DNA from: Minisyncoccota bacterium
GTDB taxonomy: Bacteria > Patescibacteriota > Minisyncoccia > Phycocordibacterales > PALSA-1337
Length of the DNA stretch: 64,000 nt
Direction of reading: 5' to 3'
NCBI GenBank assembly: GCA_041663145.1
Contig: JBAZRG010000003.1
Coordinates: 1,000-64,999 of the forward strand
Shown: positions 49,758 through 59,726 of the stretch, in pieces
Position numbering within the stretch: the first letter of the stretch is position 1
How the letters are laid out: every line of letters begins with the position of its first letter
Position numbers and translations under genes: made by a program
Notes under the pieces: generated by a model
What the model was told of the DNA's origin: nothing
The model's input: the letters and a program-made list of their open reading frames with translations, nothing else
Databases searched by the model: none

Positions 49758-49786
49758 TGACTTCGTCTATAACTAGGTATACTATG
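49758..49786 (+). promoter_or_regulatory. sigma70-like promoter TTGACT-17-TACTAT upstream of secE
   Basis: ttgacttcgtctataactaggtatactat, then the short hairpin cccc-agga-gggg + T-run at 49797-49812. Confidence 0.4.
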
Positions 49787-49831
49787 TATATGTAATCCCC
49801 AGGAGGGGTTTTTTAATAAAAAGACAAAAAT

Positions 49832-50011
49832 ATGAGCAGACTAAGCAATTACATCAAGGAAACACAAGCCGAAATGACACATGTCAATTGGCCTTCAAAG
49901 GCGGAGACTATTCGTTTTACAGTACTTGTGATCGTCGTTTCTGTGGCAGTTTCCATTCTTCTCGGAGTTTCGGATTTCGTATTTGGCAAATTGCTTACCC
50001 TCCTTTTCTAA
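49832..50011 (+). CDS. secE: preprotein translocase subunit SecE (59 aa; below ORF-track threshold)
   Basis: MSRLSNYIKETQAEMTHVNWPSKAETIRFTVLVIVVSVAV... single TM; canonical position before nusG. Confidence 0.65.
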   Translation: MSRLSNYIKETQAEMTHVNWPSKAETIRFTVLVIVVSVAVSILLGVSDFVFGKLLTLLF

Positions 50012-50059
50012 AGTATTGAGCTTTGTTTGATATTATTTATATTTTCACTTTAATCATCT

Positions 50060-50605
50060 ATGACTAAACAACACGCAACAGGGGAACGCAACTGGTACGC
50101 GATACATACATACGCGGGCTATGAAAATGCGGTTGCCAGAAACCTAAAACAGCGTATTGACTCATTGGGCATGGAAGGAAAAATCTTCGCGGTTATTGTG
50201 CCAACCGAAAAAAAGATCAAGATCAAGGCCGGCAAGCGTGTCGAAGAAGAAGAAAAGATATACCCCGGTTATGTTTTGGTCGATATGGTAGTCACGGATG
50301 ATTCCTGGTATGTTGTTCGAAATACACCTAGAGTTACCGGTTTCGTCGGTGCAGGTGTTTCTCCTGTGCCACTTGATGCCAAAGAAGTCGAATCATTGTT
50401 CGCCAGAATGAAAAAAGACAATATGGAACATTCCATAGATTTGGTCGTAGGTGATCTAGTCAAGGTTGCCGATGGTCCATTCAAGGACTTTGAGGGCAAG
50501 GTTGCAGAAGTCGACAATCAACGAGGCAAGATCAAAGTCCTGGTATCGATGTTCGGTCGTGAGACTCCGGTCGAGCTTGATTTCTTGCAAGTAAAGAAAG
50601 TATAA
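50060..50605 (+). CDS. nusG: transcription termination/antitermination factor NusG
   Basis: NGN domain NWYAIHTYAGYENAVARNL; KOW motif GDLVKVADGPFKDFEGKVAEVD. Confidence 0.85.
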   Translation: MTKQHATGERNWYAIHTYAGYENAVARNLKQRIDSLGMEGKIFAVIVPTEKKIKIKAGKRVEEEEKIYPGYVLVDMVVTDDSWYVVRNTPRVTGFVGAGVSPVPLDAKEVESLFARMKKDNMEHSIDLVVGDLVKVADGPFKDFEGKVAEVDNQRGKIKVLVSMFGRETPVELDFLQVKKV

Positions 50606-50649
50606 GGTAAGGTGAGATTACATTTCATTCATTCGTAAGTTATATAAAT

Positions 50650-51072
50650 ATGGCTAAAAAAATAATCAAAAAAGTTAAAGTAATCGCTCCAGCAGGCAAA
50701 GCTACGCCAGCTCCTCCTTTGGGCCCTACTTTGGGTCAGGCGGGCGTCAATATCGGTGATTTTACAAAGAAGTTTAATGATGCTACCAAAGACAAGATTG
50801 GCGACATGATTCCGGTTGTTATTACTGTCTATGAAGATCGTACCTATTCCTTCGTTTTGAAGACTCCGCCAGCATCAAGTCTCATCTTGAAGGCTTTGAA
50901 ACAAGAAAAGGGTTCTGGTAAGCCAAATACAAAAAAGGTTGGAACTCTGACGAAAGCACAGCTCAAGGATATTGCAGAAAAGAAAATGCAAGATTTGAAT
51001 GCAAATTCCATCGAAGCAGCTATGAAAATCATTGCCGGTTCAGCAAGATCTATGGGTGTGGAAGTGAAGTAG
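50650..51072 (+). CDS. rplK: 50S ribosomal protein L11
   Basis: [35 protein letters not shown]. Confidence 0.9.
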   Translation: MAKKIIKKVKVIAPAGKATPAPPLGPTLGQAGVNIGDFTKKFNDATKDKIGDMIPVVITVYEDRTYSFVLKTPPASSLILKALKQEKGSGKPNTKKVGTLTKAQLKDIAEKKMQDLNANSIEAAMKIIAGSARSMGVEVK

Positions 51073-51143
51073 TCACTATCTCTACGGAACTATTTGTAAT
51101 CGAAATCGAGTAGGTGAATAGTTTGGAAGGAATAAATAAAAGA

Positions 51144-51170
51144 AAAACACGTCTACGTAGGCGTGTTTTT
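51144..51170 (+). terminator. Rho-independent terminator after rplK
   Basis: acacgtctacg/cgtaggcgtgt stem followed by ttttt. Confidence 0.55.
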
Positions 51171-51197
51171 AAGTCCGTGTGTCGTCATGGAGGAGAC

Positions 51198-51917
51198 TTA
51201 TAGATAAGATTCGAAATATAGACGTCGCTTGGTTGTCCAAACCACTTCACCAAACCCGCGAAGTTCTTCTGATATCTCTTCAATTCTGCCAAAATGTTGC
51301 TTGGTAATATCTTGGAGGACGCGATTTATCCCGTGTTCTTTTTCGCATTCGACTGCGTAATACAAATAGTCGATCTTTTGGAGGCCTTCAAAAAATAGAG
51401 CTTCAGCTTGATTGCTATTCCTCAAAGTGAGCAGGATCTTTCGGGCATCCGGTGGTAAGTCAGGATGATCTTCTAGTGCCCACTGAAGGAGGAAACATCT
51501 GTGGTATTCGGACCAAAGTTCTATTCCCAGAGCTTCGAATGCATCTCTGAATGCCTTGTATTCTTCCAAATCTTCATGACCTTTCTTAAAGGGAAGCGGT
51601 ATGTCTCGTTCCAACAAACCTTCCGGTATGTCGTGAATCTGACACGCTCGAGTGATGAGAAGTTCGTCCAGTCTGATATATGGACGCATTTGCAATAGGT
51701 ACGTCATGCATAGAAAATTTATTGAACTGGCATGGTCGTATCCCGTTTGGTGCCGAAGTTTGCCATCAAACATTTTTACGTATTGGCCGAACCGGACAAC
51801 TTTTTCCTGTCCTGATTGGAGCCTAAGCCAGACTTGATAAGTCTGACCGAAAGGTTCTGAAGTTGCTTTTTCACAGGCACCGTGACTAACCTGTAGAGTC
51901 GTTGATGCGTTTTTCAT
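51198..51917 (-). CDS. HD-domain hydrolase (YfbR-like 5'-deoxynucleotidase candidate)
   Basis: CQIHDIPEGLLERDIPLPFKK aligns with YfbR YHDASEVLTGDLPTPVK. Confidence 0.45.
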   Translation of the reverse strand: MKNASTTLQVSHGACEKATSEPFGQTYQVWLRLQSGQEKVVRFGQYVKMFDGKLRHQTGYDHASSINFLCMTYLLQMRPYIRLDELLITRACQIHDIPEGLLERDIPLPFKKGHEDLEEYKAFRDAFEALGIELWSEYHRCFLLQWALEDHPDLPPDARKILLTLRNSNQAEALFFEGLQKIDYLYYAVECEKEHGINRVLQDITKQHFGRIEEISEELRGFGEVVWTTKRRLYFESYL

Positions 51918-51998
51918 TTTGATTGTACAGTTGAGGTTTACTCAATGGCTGAGTATAGAATAGGTATATGAATACATAAAGTCAATCTTCTAGGCGTA

Positions 51999-52532
51999 TT
52001 AAATCAAATCTGATTGAGTTCCGTTCTCGGGACTTCCTGAATAATCAACAGCGTATTCGAGTAGAAGTGCGCCATTTTCGGCCTGTGAGGAACTGACTAG
52101 TCGGAGGTGATAGAGCATATCTTCTTTGAAAAGTCGGATGCCACTGCCAAATAGTATCGGCTCGATGGTGAGGAAAAGTCTATCGACGACTCCGGCTTTC
52201 ATGAACATCGTGTATATTTCAGATCCTCCACATATAGCCACCTCTTGGTGCCCGCGTCTTTCCAATTCAGCCAAAAGATCTTTCGGACCGGCATTCATGG
52301 TCTCGGCTCCTTCATAAGTTTTGGAACGGGAATAGACTATATTTACACGCTCTTTGAGTGCCCTTGGTAGTGTTTGAAATGTTTTTGAGCCCATTACAAC
52401 AACTCCAGCGCGTTTTGTTAGTTCGACGAATCTCTTTTTATCTTCTTTACTCGTCCAAAAAGCGGGATGTTTGTCATTTTTGGCTATGTAGCCATCGGCA
52501 GTCAATGCGGCAATGATGAATGTCTTTATCAT
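51999..52532 (-). CDS. dihydrofolate reductase-family protein (RibD C-terminal/DHFR fold)
   Basis: IKTFIIAALTADGYIA...VVMGSKTF...ICGGSEIY pattern; start taken at ATG 52532. Confidence 0.6.
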   Translation of the reverse strand: MIKTFIIAALTADGYIAKNDKHPAFWTSKEDKKRFVELTKRAGVVVMGSKTFQTLPRALKERVNIVYSRSKTYEGAETMNAGPKDLLAELERRGHQEVAICGGSEIYTMFMKAGVVDRLFLTIEPILFGSGIRLFKEDMLYHLRLVSSSQAENGALLLEYAVDYSGSPENGTQSDLI

Positions 52533-52570
52533 AATAATATTGTAGCATAAGATTTTATATGATAAGTTAG

Positions 52571-53215
52571 TTGAATAATACTTATATGACAAAAAAAGGA
52601 TTTATCACAAATGGGGGTATTTTTTCAATAGAGTCAAATTTCAATGATAGATTTGTGCCAAATTATAAAGATCTCAGCGATCTCGTGGTACATTGCAGAG
52701 GTTTGGGTTTAAAAATTGTTTTGACACAAGGTACTTATGATATGGTTCATATTGGCCATGCCCGTTATTTTGAGGAAGCTCGTAAACATGGCGATCTTTT
52801 GATTGTTGGTGTTGATAGTGATAAAAAAGTTCGTCAGCGCAAAGGGCCAGAACGACCGATTGTGCCTCAAAGTGAAAGGCTTGAAATGATAACTCATTTA
52901 AGATCAGTTGATATTGTTACTTTGAAGGAAAATAACATGCCTCGTTGGCATCTTATCAAAACTGTACGACCAGATGTTCTCATTGTGACCAAAGAGACAA
53001 TGGTTAAGTATGATGAGAAAGAAATCAGAGAGATGCGTTCGTATTGCGGGAAGGTTGTTGTGTTAAATCCGATGGCTACTACTTCGACGAGTGCAAAGAT
53101 AAGATTGCTTCAGATTAAATTGGCCAAAAAGTTTGAAAAAGCAATTGTTCCAAAACTGGCAGATATGATAAGTGCTGCGCTTGGACATCCACAAAATGCA
53201 GATAAAAAGAAATAA
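52571..53215 (+). CDS. cytidylyltransferase-like nucleotidyltransferase (HIGH motif; RfaE-II/TagD-like)
   Basis: VLTQGTYDMVHIGHARYFEEAR...IVGVDSD. Confidence 0.6.
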   Translation: MNNTYMTKKGFITNGGIFSIESNFNDRFVPNYKDLSDLVVHCRGLGLKIVLTQGTYDMVHIGHARYFEEARKHGDLLIVGVDSDKKVRQRKGPERPIVPQSERLEMITHLRSVDIVTLKENNMPRWHLIKTVRPDVLIVTKETMVKYDEKEIREMRSYCGKVVVLNPMATTSTSAKIRLLQIKLAKKFEKAIVPKLADMISAALGHPQNADKKK

Positions 53216-54059
53216 TCTTAAGAAGAAAATCGAGGTTATCATAGCCTATGTGCCTGTTCTGCATGAAGGATATCGCCGGTTCTTCGAGAAGCATCCAAAA
53301 GCCGACGCCCTTTATTTATTGAGCAGCGACATAACCAAAGAGTTCGTTCCTTTGGTCAAAGATATCAGAGCTTTGCCACCGGAGATGATCAGAGACTCAT
53401 TGATTGCTTGGAAAAGATTCAAAAAGATAGAGATCATAGATTCGTCCGACCTAAAGAAGGTGGCTGGCAATCGCAAAGTGATAATGCCTGATGAAGATGT
53501 TATGCATGAGATTAAGGAAAAGTTTTTACCTGATTTAGAAATCATCTTTGATACAATATTTTTGCGTTGGGATAAACACAAATCAAGCGAGGGACAGCCT
53601 GTGGATGTCGATCAGACGATCTCGGTAAAAGATTCCGATCAGGAGATCATCGCTCTTTTGAAAGCTGAAGCTGAAAAAAGCTCTGATTTTTGGAGGCATA
53701 TCGGCGCTGCAATAATGAAAGACGGCAAGATCGTCTTACAAGGGCATAATCATCACGTTCCTAGCGAGCAGACGCCTTACGTCGATGGCGATCCGCGCAG
53801 TGATTTTCATAAAGGAGTGAACCTAGAGCTCTCTACAGCTATCCACGCTGAGGCTTCCTTGATCGCTGAAGCAGCTAGGAAGGGGATAAAATTAGAAGGA
53901 GCAGAGATGTATGCTACTACTTTTCCTTGTCCTCCTTGCGCAAAATTGATTGCTTATTCAGGAATTAAAAAACTTTACTATGCGGATGGTTATGGTGTTC
54001 TTGATGCGGCGAAGATATTAAAAAGTAGAGGAGTAGAGATAGTGTTCGTAAGAAAATGA
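53172..54059 (+). CDS. dCMP deaminase (CMP/dCMP deaminase zinc-binding domain) with N-terminal extension
   Basis: HAEASLIAEAARKG ... PCPPCAKLI. Confidence 0.7.
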   Translation: MLRLDIHKMQIKRNNLKKKIEVIIAYVPVLHEGYRRFFEKHPKADALYLLSSDITKEFVPLVKDIRALPPEMIRDSLIAWKRFKKIEIIDSSDLKKVAGNRKVIMPDEDVMHEIKEKFLPDLEIIFDTIFLRWDKHKSSEGQPVDVDQTISVKDSDQEIIALLKAEAEKSSDFWRHIGAAIMKDGKIVLQGHNHHVPSEQTPYVDGDPRSDFHKGVNLELSTAIHAEASLIAEAARKGIKLEGAEMYATTFPCPPCAKLIAYSGIKKLYYADGYGVLDAAKILKSRGVEIVFVRK

Positions 54060-54111
54060 TGTTTTAGAAAATAAAGGCATCTGTTAAGACTGGAATCTTT
54101 TTTTGTATCCA

Positions 54112-54585
54112 TTATTCTATCTTATAATCTTTTGGTTGACCGAATTTGAATTTCCAAGCCTCGTCACTATTCAACGCTTCGAGGTCTGGCTCTATCATGT
54201 GGGCGTGGATATGGAGGACACTGTTGCCGTATGATCCATGTGGAGGGTTGCTGCCAAAGCGCATGGCGATACCGCCGCCAGGAATATTTCTTTTTATCGC
54301 TTCTTCTTTGAACATCTCTATGAGCTCTGCTCCAGCATCTGGATCCATCTCAGATATATGCTCGATATGGGTTTTATATATGGCTAATAACTGATGTTTG
54401 ATCTTTTCATATGGCCACTGATTGTCGGTGAGGATCCAAAATTTACCCTCTTTCAGGATCGGCTTCTTGTGATATTTCAGGAGATTCTCCGTACAAAAAG
54501 GACAATGCTTCTGTTCAGCGATCTCATTCATGACTTCTTTCTGATCTTCGCGACGGATATTGTCCAAGATTATAAATTTTTTCAT
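54112..54585 (-). CDS. HIT-family nucleotide hydrolase/transferase
   Basis: Histidine triad VLHIHAHMI plus N-terminal CPFC zinc motif. Confidence 0.55.
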   Translation of the reverse strand: MKKFIILDNIRREDQKEVMNEIAEQKHCPFCTENLLKYHKKPILKEGKFWILTDNQWPYEKIKHQLLAIYKTHIEHISEMDPDAGAELIEMFKEEAIKRNIPGGGIAMRFGSNPPHGSYGNSVLHIHAHMIEPDLEALNSDEAWKFKFGQPKDYKIE

Positions 54586-54603
54586 AGCAGATATCTGTGG
54601 AGT

Positions 54604-55515
54604 TTATATAGCAACTGGTATGCCTTTTATCCCCGGATGAGGAGCATAGTCGGAGAGAGCGAAATCTTCCTTCCTGAAATCAAATAGATTCTTCTTGTCT
54701 GGATTTATGGTTATAGTCGGAAATGCTTTAGCCTCGCGCTTGATCATCTCCTCTACAGCAGGGATCTGATCGACGTAGATATGACAGTCAGAGATCGTGT
54801 GGATATATTCATATGGCTCGGTTCCAGTGGCTTGGGCTATGGCCATGAGAAGTGCAGCGTACTGGATCATATTGGCGGGAACGCCTACAGGCAGATCTCC
54901 AGAGCGCTGGATCATATGAAGGGTTAATTTATTATCAAGGATGCGCAGGTGGATCCAGCCATGACAAGGAGCGACGACAACTTTCTGCTGTTTTCCAGTC
55001 CCACGGATGGTGTATTGAGGTATCCATGGGGTGATGAAGTGCGTGCGTAGGTGAGGGAATTCTTTCATCTGTTCGATAATATTCTTGAATTGATTGTAAT
55101 TTGAACCTTCAGATGTTGGAAAATCATGAAAAGCTGCTCCGTAAGATCCAGGGCCGAGGTCGCCAATTTCCAAATCGCGCTTCGAGCATTTAGCTTCTGT
55201 GCCCCAAGGTGCCCACCAATGACAGCCGAATTCCTCAAGCTTATTTAGGGTTCTAGCGCCATTTATGAAAGCTAGTATCTCTGCGATGGCTTGTTGCCAG
55301 ATCGTGACCTTGAGTATCTCGGAGACTTTTGGATTCATATTCCTCTCTGTTATCATGGGGAAGCCATTTTCCATTTTGAAATGCATCGATCCTGGTCCCA
55401 TGAGAGTTATGGCATCGACTTCTTGTTGGGTATTCGTGCGCACGCCTTTTTCTAATACTTGTCGCAAGAAATCGCGATACTGAGTGTCGGGTGTCCTTTC
55501 AGAGAATAGTTTCAT
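54604..55515 (-). CDS. thyA: thymidylate synthase
   Basis: Catalytic PCHGWIHLRI and LHMIQRSGDLPVGVPANMIQYALL. Confidence 0.85.
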   Translation of the reverse strand: MKLFSERTPDTQYRDFLRQVLEKGVRTNTQQEVDAITLMGPGSMHFKMENGFPMITERNMNPKVSEILKVTIWQQAIAEILAFINGARTLNKLEEFGCHWWAPWGTEAKCSKRDLEIGDLGPGSYGAAFHDFPTSEGSNYNQFKNIIEQMKEFPHLRTHFITPWIPQYTIRGTGKQQKVVVAPCHGWIHLRILDNKLTLHMIQRSGDLPVGVPANMIQYAALLMAIAQATGTEPYEYIHTISDCHIYVDQIPAVEEMIKREAKAFPTITINPDKKNLFDFRKEDFALSDYAPHPGIKGIPVAI

Positions 55516-55636
55516 AAGATAGATTTGCTCTTTGTGTTTATAATGAATGAATTATATCATGTTAAAATAAAAGTGAAGACGTTTAAAACCATGTAAAAAC
55601 TAGGATAAATAAGAGAATAATTTTAACGATAAGCCG

Positions 55637-56059
55637 ATGAACCTCAAGGTAAAAAAGCTCCACCAAAATGCCAAGATCCCATCCTACGCCCACCAAGGCG
55701 ATGCGGGCATGGATATATTCACTTTGGAAAGGACGGTGTTGAAGCTAGGGGAGAGGGTGGCTGTTAAGACTGGCATCTCGATGGAGATACCAGATGGCTA
55801 TGTCGGCTTGGTTTGGGATAAGAGCGGCATCGCGATACATGAAGGATTGAAAATCATTGGTGGAGTGATCGATAGCGGATATCGCGGGGAGATAATGATC
55901 GGTGTGATAAATCTTTCCGATAGAGAATATACCTTTGAAGCAGGTCATAAGATCGCACAGATGTTGATCCAAAAGATTGAGTCTCCAGAGATAGAAGAAG
56001 TCGATGGATTGTCTGAAACGGAAAGGGGACATGGAGGATTCGGCAGTACAGGGAAGTGA
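55637..56059 (+). CDS. dut: dUTP diphosphatase
   Basis: Motifs HQGDAGMDI, GGVIDSGYRGE, RGHGGFGSTG. Confidence 0.85.
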   Translation: MNLKVKKLHQNAKIPSYAHQGDAGMDIFTLERTVLKLGERVAVKTGISMEIPDGYVGLVWDKSGIAIHEGLKIIGGVIDSGYRGEIMIGVINLSDREYTFEAGHKIAQMLIQKIESPEIEEVDGLSETERGHGGFGSTGK

Positions 56060-56219
56060 TTTAATTAATAAAAACGATGATTTGATGAGAAAGATCGAAA
56101 ATAGGGCATACATATTAGTCTGTGTATAACCTGTTGATAATATGGGTATTGCTTTTTTAAATGAAAGGCGTACTGTATTAATAGGTTAGTTCTATAGCAG
56201 AGCAATACACCATCGCACA

Positions 56220-56352
56220 TAGTCGGGCTTTCTTTTCACTTTCTCTCCCGGCGGTTCGCTTCATGGTTGGTGCAAGCTAGGCTAGACACCGTTCTGCCCT
56301 TCGGTGTCGGGGCCGTCGATTCATTCCCTACAGATCGACGGCCCTTTTTTTT
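56220..56352 (+). promoter_or_regulatory. structured 5' leader with strong intrinsic terminator immediately upstream of glyA (attenuator/riboswitch candidate)
   Basis: Hairpin gacaccg..cggtgtc, then 11-bp stem gggccgtcgat/atcgacggccc + T8, ending 21 nt before the glyA ATG. Confidence 0.35.
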
Positions 56353-56372
56353 ATCTCAAAAAATGATAGGAT

Positions 56373-57575
56373 TTGAATATGAACGATATACAAATAAAAA
56401 AACTTATTGAAACAGAGAAGAAAAGGCAGAAGAAAGTTATCAATTTGATCGCTTCGGAAAATTACGTGTCGAAAGATGTACTAGAGGCACTTGGTTCTGA
56501 GCTTACAAATAAATATGCCGAAGGGTATCCCGGTAAAAGATATTATGGAGGCAATGATATTGTCGATAAGATAGAATCTTTGTGTCAAAAGAGAGCATTG
56601 GAACTATTTGGACTTGATCCGGATAAATGGCATGTGAATGTTCAGCCGTTGTCTGGTTCGCCGGCAAATACCGCGGTTTACACAGCGCTCGTGCCACCCT
56701 TGGGAAAAATCATGGGTATGTCACTCGATCAAGGGGGACACCTTACTCATGGTCACAAAGTTTCGGCTACAGGTAAATTTTGGACTCAGGTTCCATATGG
56801 TTTGGATGGAACAACGGAAGTTTTGAATTACGATCAGCTTCGTGAGACGTCCATCAAGGAAAAGCCGGCTATCATTGTGACTGGATATACCGCCTATCCG
56901 CGCATTATAGATTGGTCGGAGATGAAAGAAGTTGCACAAGTCTCTGGCGCACTCCTCATGGTCGACATGTCGCATATTGCTGGTTTGGTAGCTGGTAAAG
57001 CATATCCTTCACCTTTTCCTTTTGCTGATATTGTGACGACAACGACGCACAAAACACTCCGAGGACCGCGCGCGGCTCTCATATTTGTAAAGAAAGATGC
57101 CCGTGAACTCGATCGAAAGATCGATAAGGCGGTATTTCCAGGTTTGCAGGGGGGACCTCATATAAATCAGATTGCCGCGGTGGCAGTCGCTCTCAAAGAA
57201 GCGGCCAGTCCAGCTTTCAAAAAATACGCCGCACAGGTAACGAAAAATGCAAAAGTTCTGGCAGAAACTCTGAGTCAGAACGGCTGGCGTCTGATCTCTG
57301 GTGGTACGGATTCACATCTCATATTGGTTGATACATGGAATGGTGGAAAAAAGAATGAAAATGGCGCCGGAGGTATTTCTGGTAAAGAGGCTAGTCTCAA
57401 ACTAGAATCTGCCGGAATTATAGTGAATAAAAACGCCATACCTTTTGACTCTAGACCTCCGATGGATCCTTCCGGTATTCGTTTGGGTACGGCTGCCGAG
57501 ACGACTCGAGGTGCTAAAGAAAAAGATTTCAAAGCTATTGCCCAAAAGATCGATAAGATATTGAGGTCAGAATAG
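56373..57575 (+). CDS. glyA: serine hydroxymethyltransferase
   Basis: PLP-Lys region VTTTTHKTLRGPRAALIF; GYPGKRYYGG. Confidence 0.9.
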   Translation: MNMNDIQIKKLIETEKKRQKKVINLIASENYVSKDVLEALGSELTNKYAEGYPGKRYYGGNDIVDKIESLCQKRALELFGLDPDKWHVNVQPLSGSPANTAVYTALVPPLGKIMGMSLDQGGHLTHGHKVSATGKFWTQVPYGLDGTTEVLNYDQLRETSIKEKPAIIVTGYTAYPRIIDWSEMKEVAQVSGALLMVDMSHIAGLVAGKAYPSPFPFADIVTTTTHKTLRGPRAALIFVKKDARELDRKIDKAVFPGLQGGPHINQIAAVAVALKEAASPAFKKYAAQVTKNAKVLAETLSQNGWRLISGGTDSHLILVDTWNGGKKNENGAGGISGKEASLKLESAGIIVNKNAIPFDSRPPMDPSGIRLGTAAETTRGAKEKDFKAIAQKIDKILRSE

Positions 57576-57585
57576 GAGTGCAAGA

Positions 57586-57625
57586 AAAGTGTTTTTGAAA
57601 AGATATCATTGAACACTTTTTAAAA
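57586..57625 (+). terminator. Rho-independent terminator after glyA
   Basis: aaaagtgtt-loop-aacactttt + T-run. Confidence 0.6.
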
Positions 57626-57639
57626 AGAAAAAAGCGCGA

Positions 57640-58004
57640 GCCATCCTGTGATGTGCCTCGCGCCGTGTCTGCTAAAGTGGCCTCTCTCGATCATGATTGG
57701 AAACAGATCAACCCAATCATGAGAAGCGAGAGAGGAGCGATTTTTTCCACCATCAACTACCAAACGGACGCCTGTAGATGAGGAACCGATGCGATGGTGG
57801 AATATTTAAAGAACAATACTACTGAGTACCGCGAAGTATCATTCCCAACCGAAGGCTAGCATCCCAGACGGATGTCGCATATCGCCGGTTTACGGGAGAA
57901 TCACTCAAACCCGTAGCGTCTGACAATAGTATATCTATTTTGTGTAAAATGTCAAATTTGACAGTTTTTAGGCACTTAATCAAAATTTTTGCTAGAATAA
58001 TACG
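57640..58004 (+). promoter_or_regulatory. about 360-nt structured non-coding leader upstream of argS (T-box-like candidate, unconfirmed)
   Basis: Nested long hairpins (cctctctcgatcatgattgg...caatcatgagaagcgagagagg; tccaccatc...gatggtgga); GUACCGCG motif at about 57826; palindrome tgtcaaatttgaca + T-run before argS. Confidence 0.25.
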
Positions 58005-59684
58005 ATGAATAAGCTTATTTTGAACCGATTGAATGAAATAGCAGGTGGATTGTCCATAGATCCTCATTCGATCAGATTGGATATACCTGAGTCTGTCGAG
58101 CATGGTGACTTCTCATCGAATGTAGCGATGGTGAATGCTAAGAAGTTAGGTCTATCGCCAAAGGATTTGGCGGAGAAGATCATCATTGAATTTGAGAAGG
58201 AAATGCCTGAGGCTATAGAATCTGTACATATCGCTGGACCGGGATTCATCAACTTTCGTTTCAAAGATGATTTTTTGGCTAAAAAAGTATTGGAGAGCCC
58301 ACAAGCAAAACAGGATTCAGTGAAAGAAAAAGTAATGGTCGAATATACAGACCCAAATCCTTTCAAGGTTTTTCATATAGGTCATCTGATGTCGAATGCC
58401 ATAGGTGAATCTATTTCGAGACTTATAGGATATTCTGGAAAACAGATTATCCGCGCAAACTGGCAAGGAGATGTTGGACCACATGTTGCCAAAGCGATTT
58501 GGGGGTCATTACACTTGGAAAGTAAAACAGATGAAATGCCAGAAGAGTATTGGGGTCGGGCTTATGTTCTCGGTAATGTGCAATCAGAATCGGACCCAGT
58601 AGCTAAACAGGAGATCGATGAAATCAACAGGAAGATTTACGATAGGAGTGATGAGAAAATAAATGAGATATATGATAAAGGACGCAGACAATGTCTAGAT
58701 GCATTTGAGAAAATATATGCGAGGTTGGGGACAAAATTCGATAATTATTTCTTTGAGGGCATCGAAGGTAGAAAAGGGCAGGCTATTGTAGATGAATTTC
58801 GAGAGCAGGGCGTCTTTGAGGAGAGTGATGGAGCGATCGTCTTTAAGGGGGAAAAATACGGTTTGCATACCCGAGTCTTCACAACTTCAAAAGGATTGCC
58901 TACTTATGAAACCAAGGAACTGGGTTTGAATCGGGAAAAGTTTTCTCTATATCCTGATCTAGATCAGTCGATCATCATCACTGCGAATGAACAGAGTGAT
59001 TATTTCAGGGTTTTGCTAAAAGTCATGGATCTCGTATATCCGGAGATCGCCACAAAGACCAAGCATATTTCGCATGGTATGTTACGTTTTGCATCTGGAA
59101 AGATGTCTTCGCGTACAGGCAACGTCATCTCGGCTGAATCTTTGATCTCGGAAATCAAAGAGATGGTGATAAAAAAGATAGCTGACAGAGATTTTTCCAA
59201 ATCAGAAACTGATCAGATATCCGATGAAATAGCGATAGGCGCGATAAAGTATACAATACTCCGTTCTTCCATCGGTGGCGATATCATATTTGATTCGGCA
59301 TCCTCAATATCATTTGAAGGAGACTCTGGACCGTATTTGCAGTATTCGGCGGTTAGAGCGGCGTCGGTTTTGGAGAAAGCTCGATCGGCAGAGCAAAAAA
59401 ATTCCGGTGAAATCGTTTTTCCGGATAAAGTCGGAATTCTAGAGAGATTGATAGTTTGTTTTTCGTATACTGTAGAGAGAGCTCAAAGTGAACTTGCTCC
59501 ACAGATCGTGGCAAACTATCTGATCAGTTTGGCTGGGGCATTCAACGCCTATTACGCTACACAAACTATTATCGACAACAACGATCCGTTATCACCTTAT
59601 CGGCTGGCTCTGGTTAAAGCATTTAGGGATACGATGGAGCAAGGATTGTTCATTCTTGGTATCAAGATTCCAACGAAGATGTGA
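58005..59684 (+). CDS. argS: arginine--tRNA ligase
   Basis: Class I HIGH (FHIGHLMS) and KMSSRTG motifs; DALR anticodon-binding domain. Confidence 0.9.
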   Translation: MNKLILNRLNEIAGGLSIDPHSIRLDIPESVEHGDFSSNVAMVNAKKLGLSPKDLAEKIIIEFEKEMPEAIESVHIAGPGFINFRFKDDFLAKKVLESPQAKQDSVKEKVMVEYTDPNPFKVFHIGHLMSNAIGESISRLIGYSGKQIIRANWQGDVGPHVAKAIWGSLHLESKTDEMPEEYWGRAYVLGNVQSESDPVAKQEIDEINRKIYDRSDEKINEIYDKGRRQCLDAFEKIYARLGTKFDNYFFEGIEGRKGQAIVDEFREQGVFEESDGAIVFKGEKYGLHTRVFTTSKGLPTYETKELGLNREKFSLYPDLDQSIIITANEQSDYFRVLLKVMDLVYPEIATKTKHISHGMLRFASGKMSSRTGNVISAESLISEIKEMVIKKIADRDFSKSETDQISDEIAIGAIKYTILRSSIGGDIIFDSASSISFEGDSGPYLQYSAVRAASVLEKARSAEQKNSGEIVFPDKVGILERLIVCFSYTVERAQSELAPQIVANYLISLAGAFNAYYATQTIIDNNDPLSPYRLALVKAFRDTMEQGLFILGIKIPTKM

Positions 59685-59726
59685 TGATGATTGAAATAAG
59701 CGTTATTTTACCGTAAGCTGTAGGAC

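Noticed and set aside
56220-56352. ZTP (pfl) riboswitch upstream of glyA
   Set aside because: Expected gene context, but I cannot find the GGGUCGUGAC / CCGGGGAGC / CCGCCUGGGC core by eye; kept only as a generic leader/attenuator candidate.
57640-58004. RNase P RNA or tmRNA in the glyA-argS spacer
   Set aside because: No GGAAAGUCCGG / AGGGUGAAA...GGUGCGGUAAGAGCGCACC P-RNA motifs and no tRNA-like CCA-ending acceptor with a tag reading frame.
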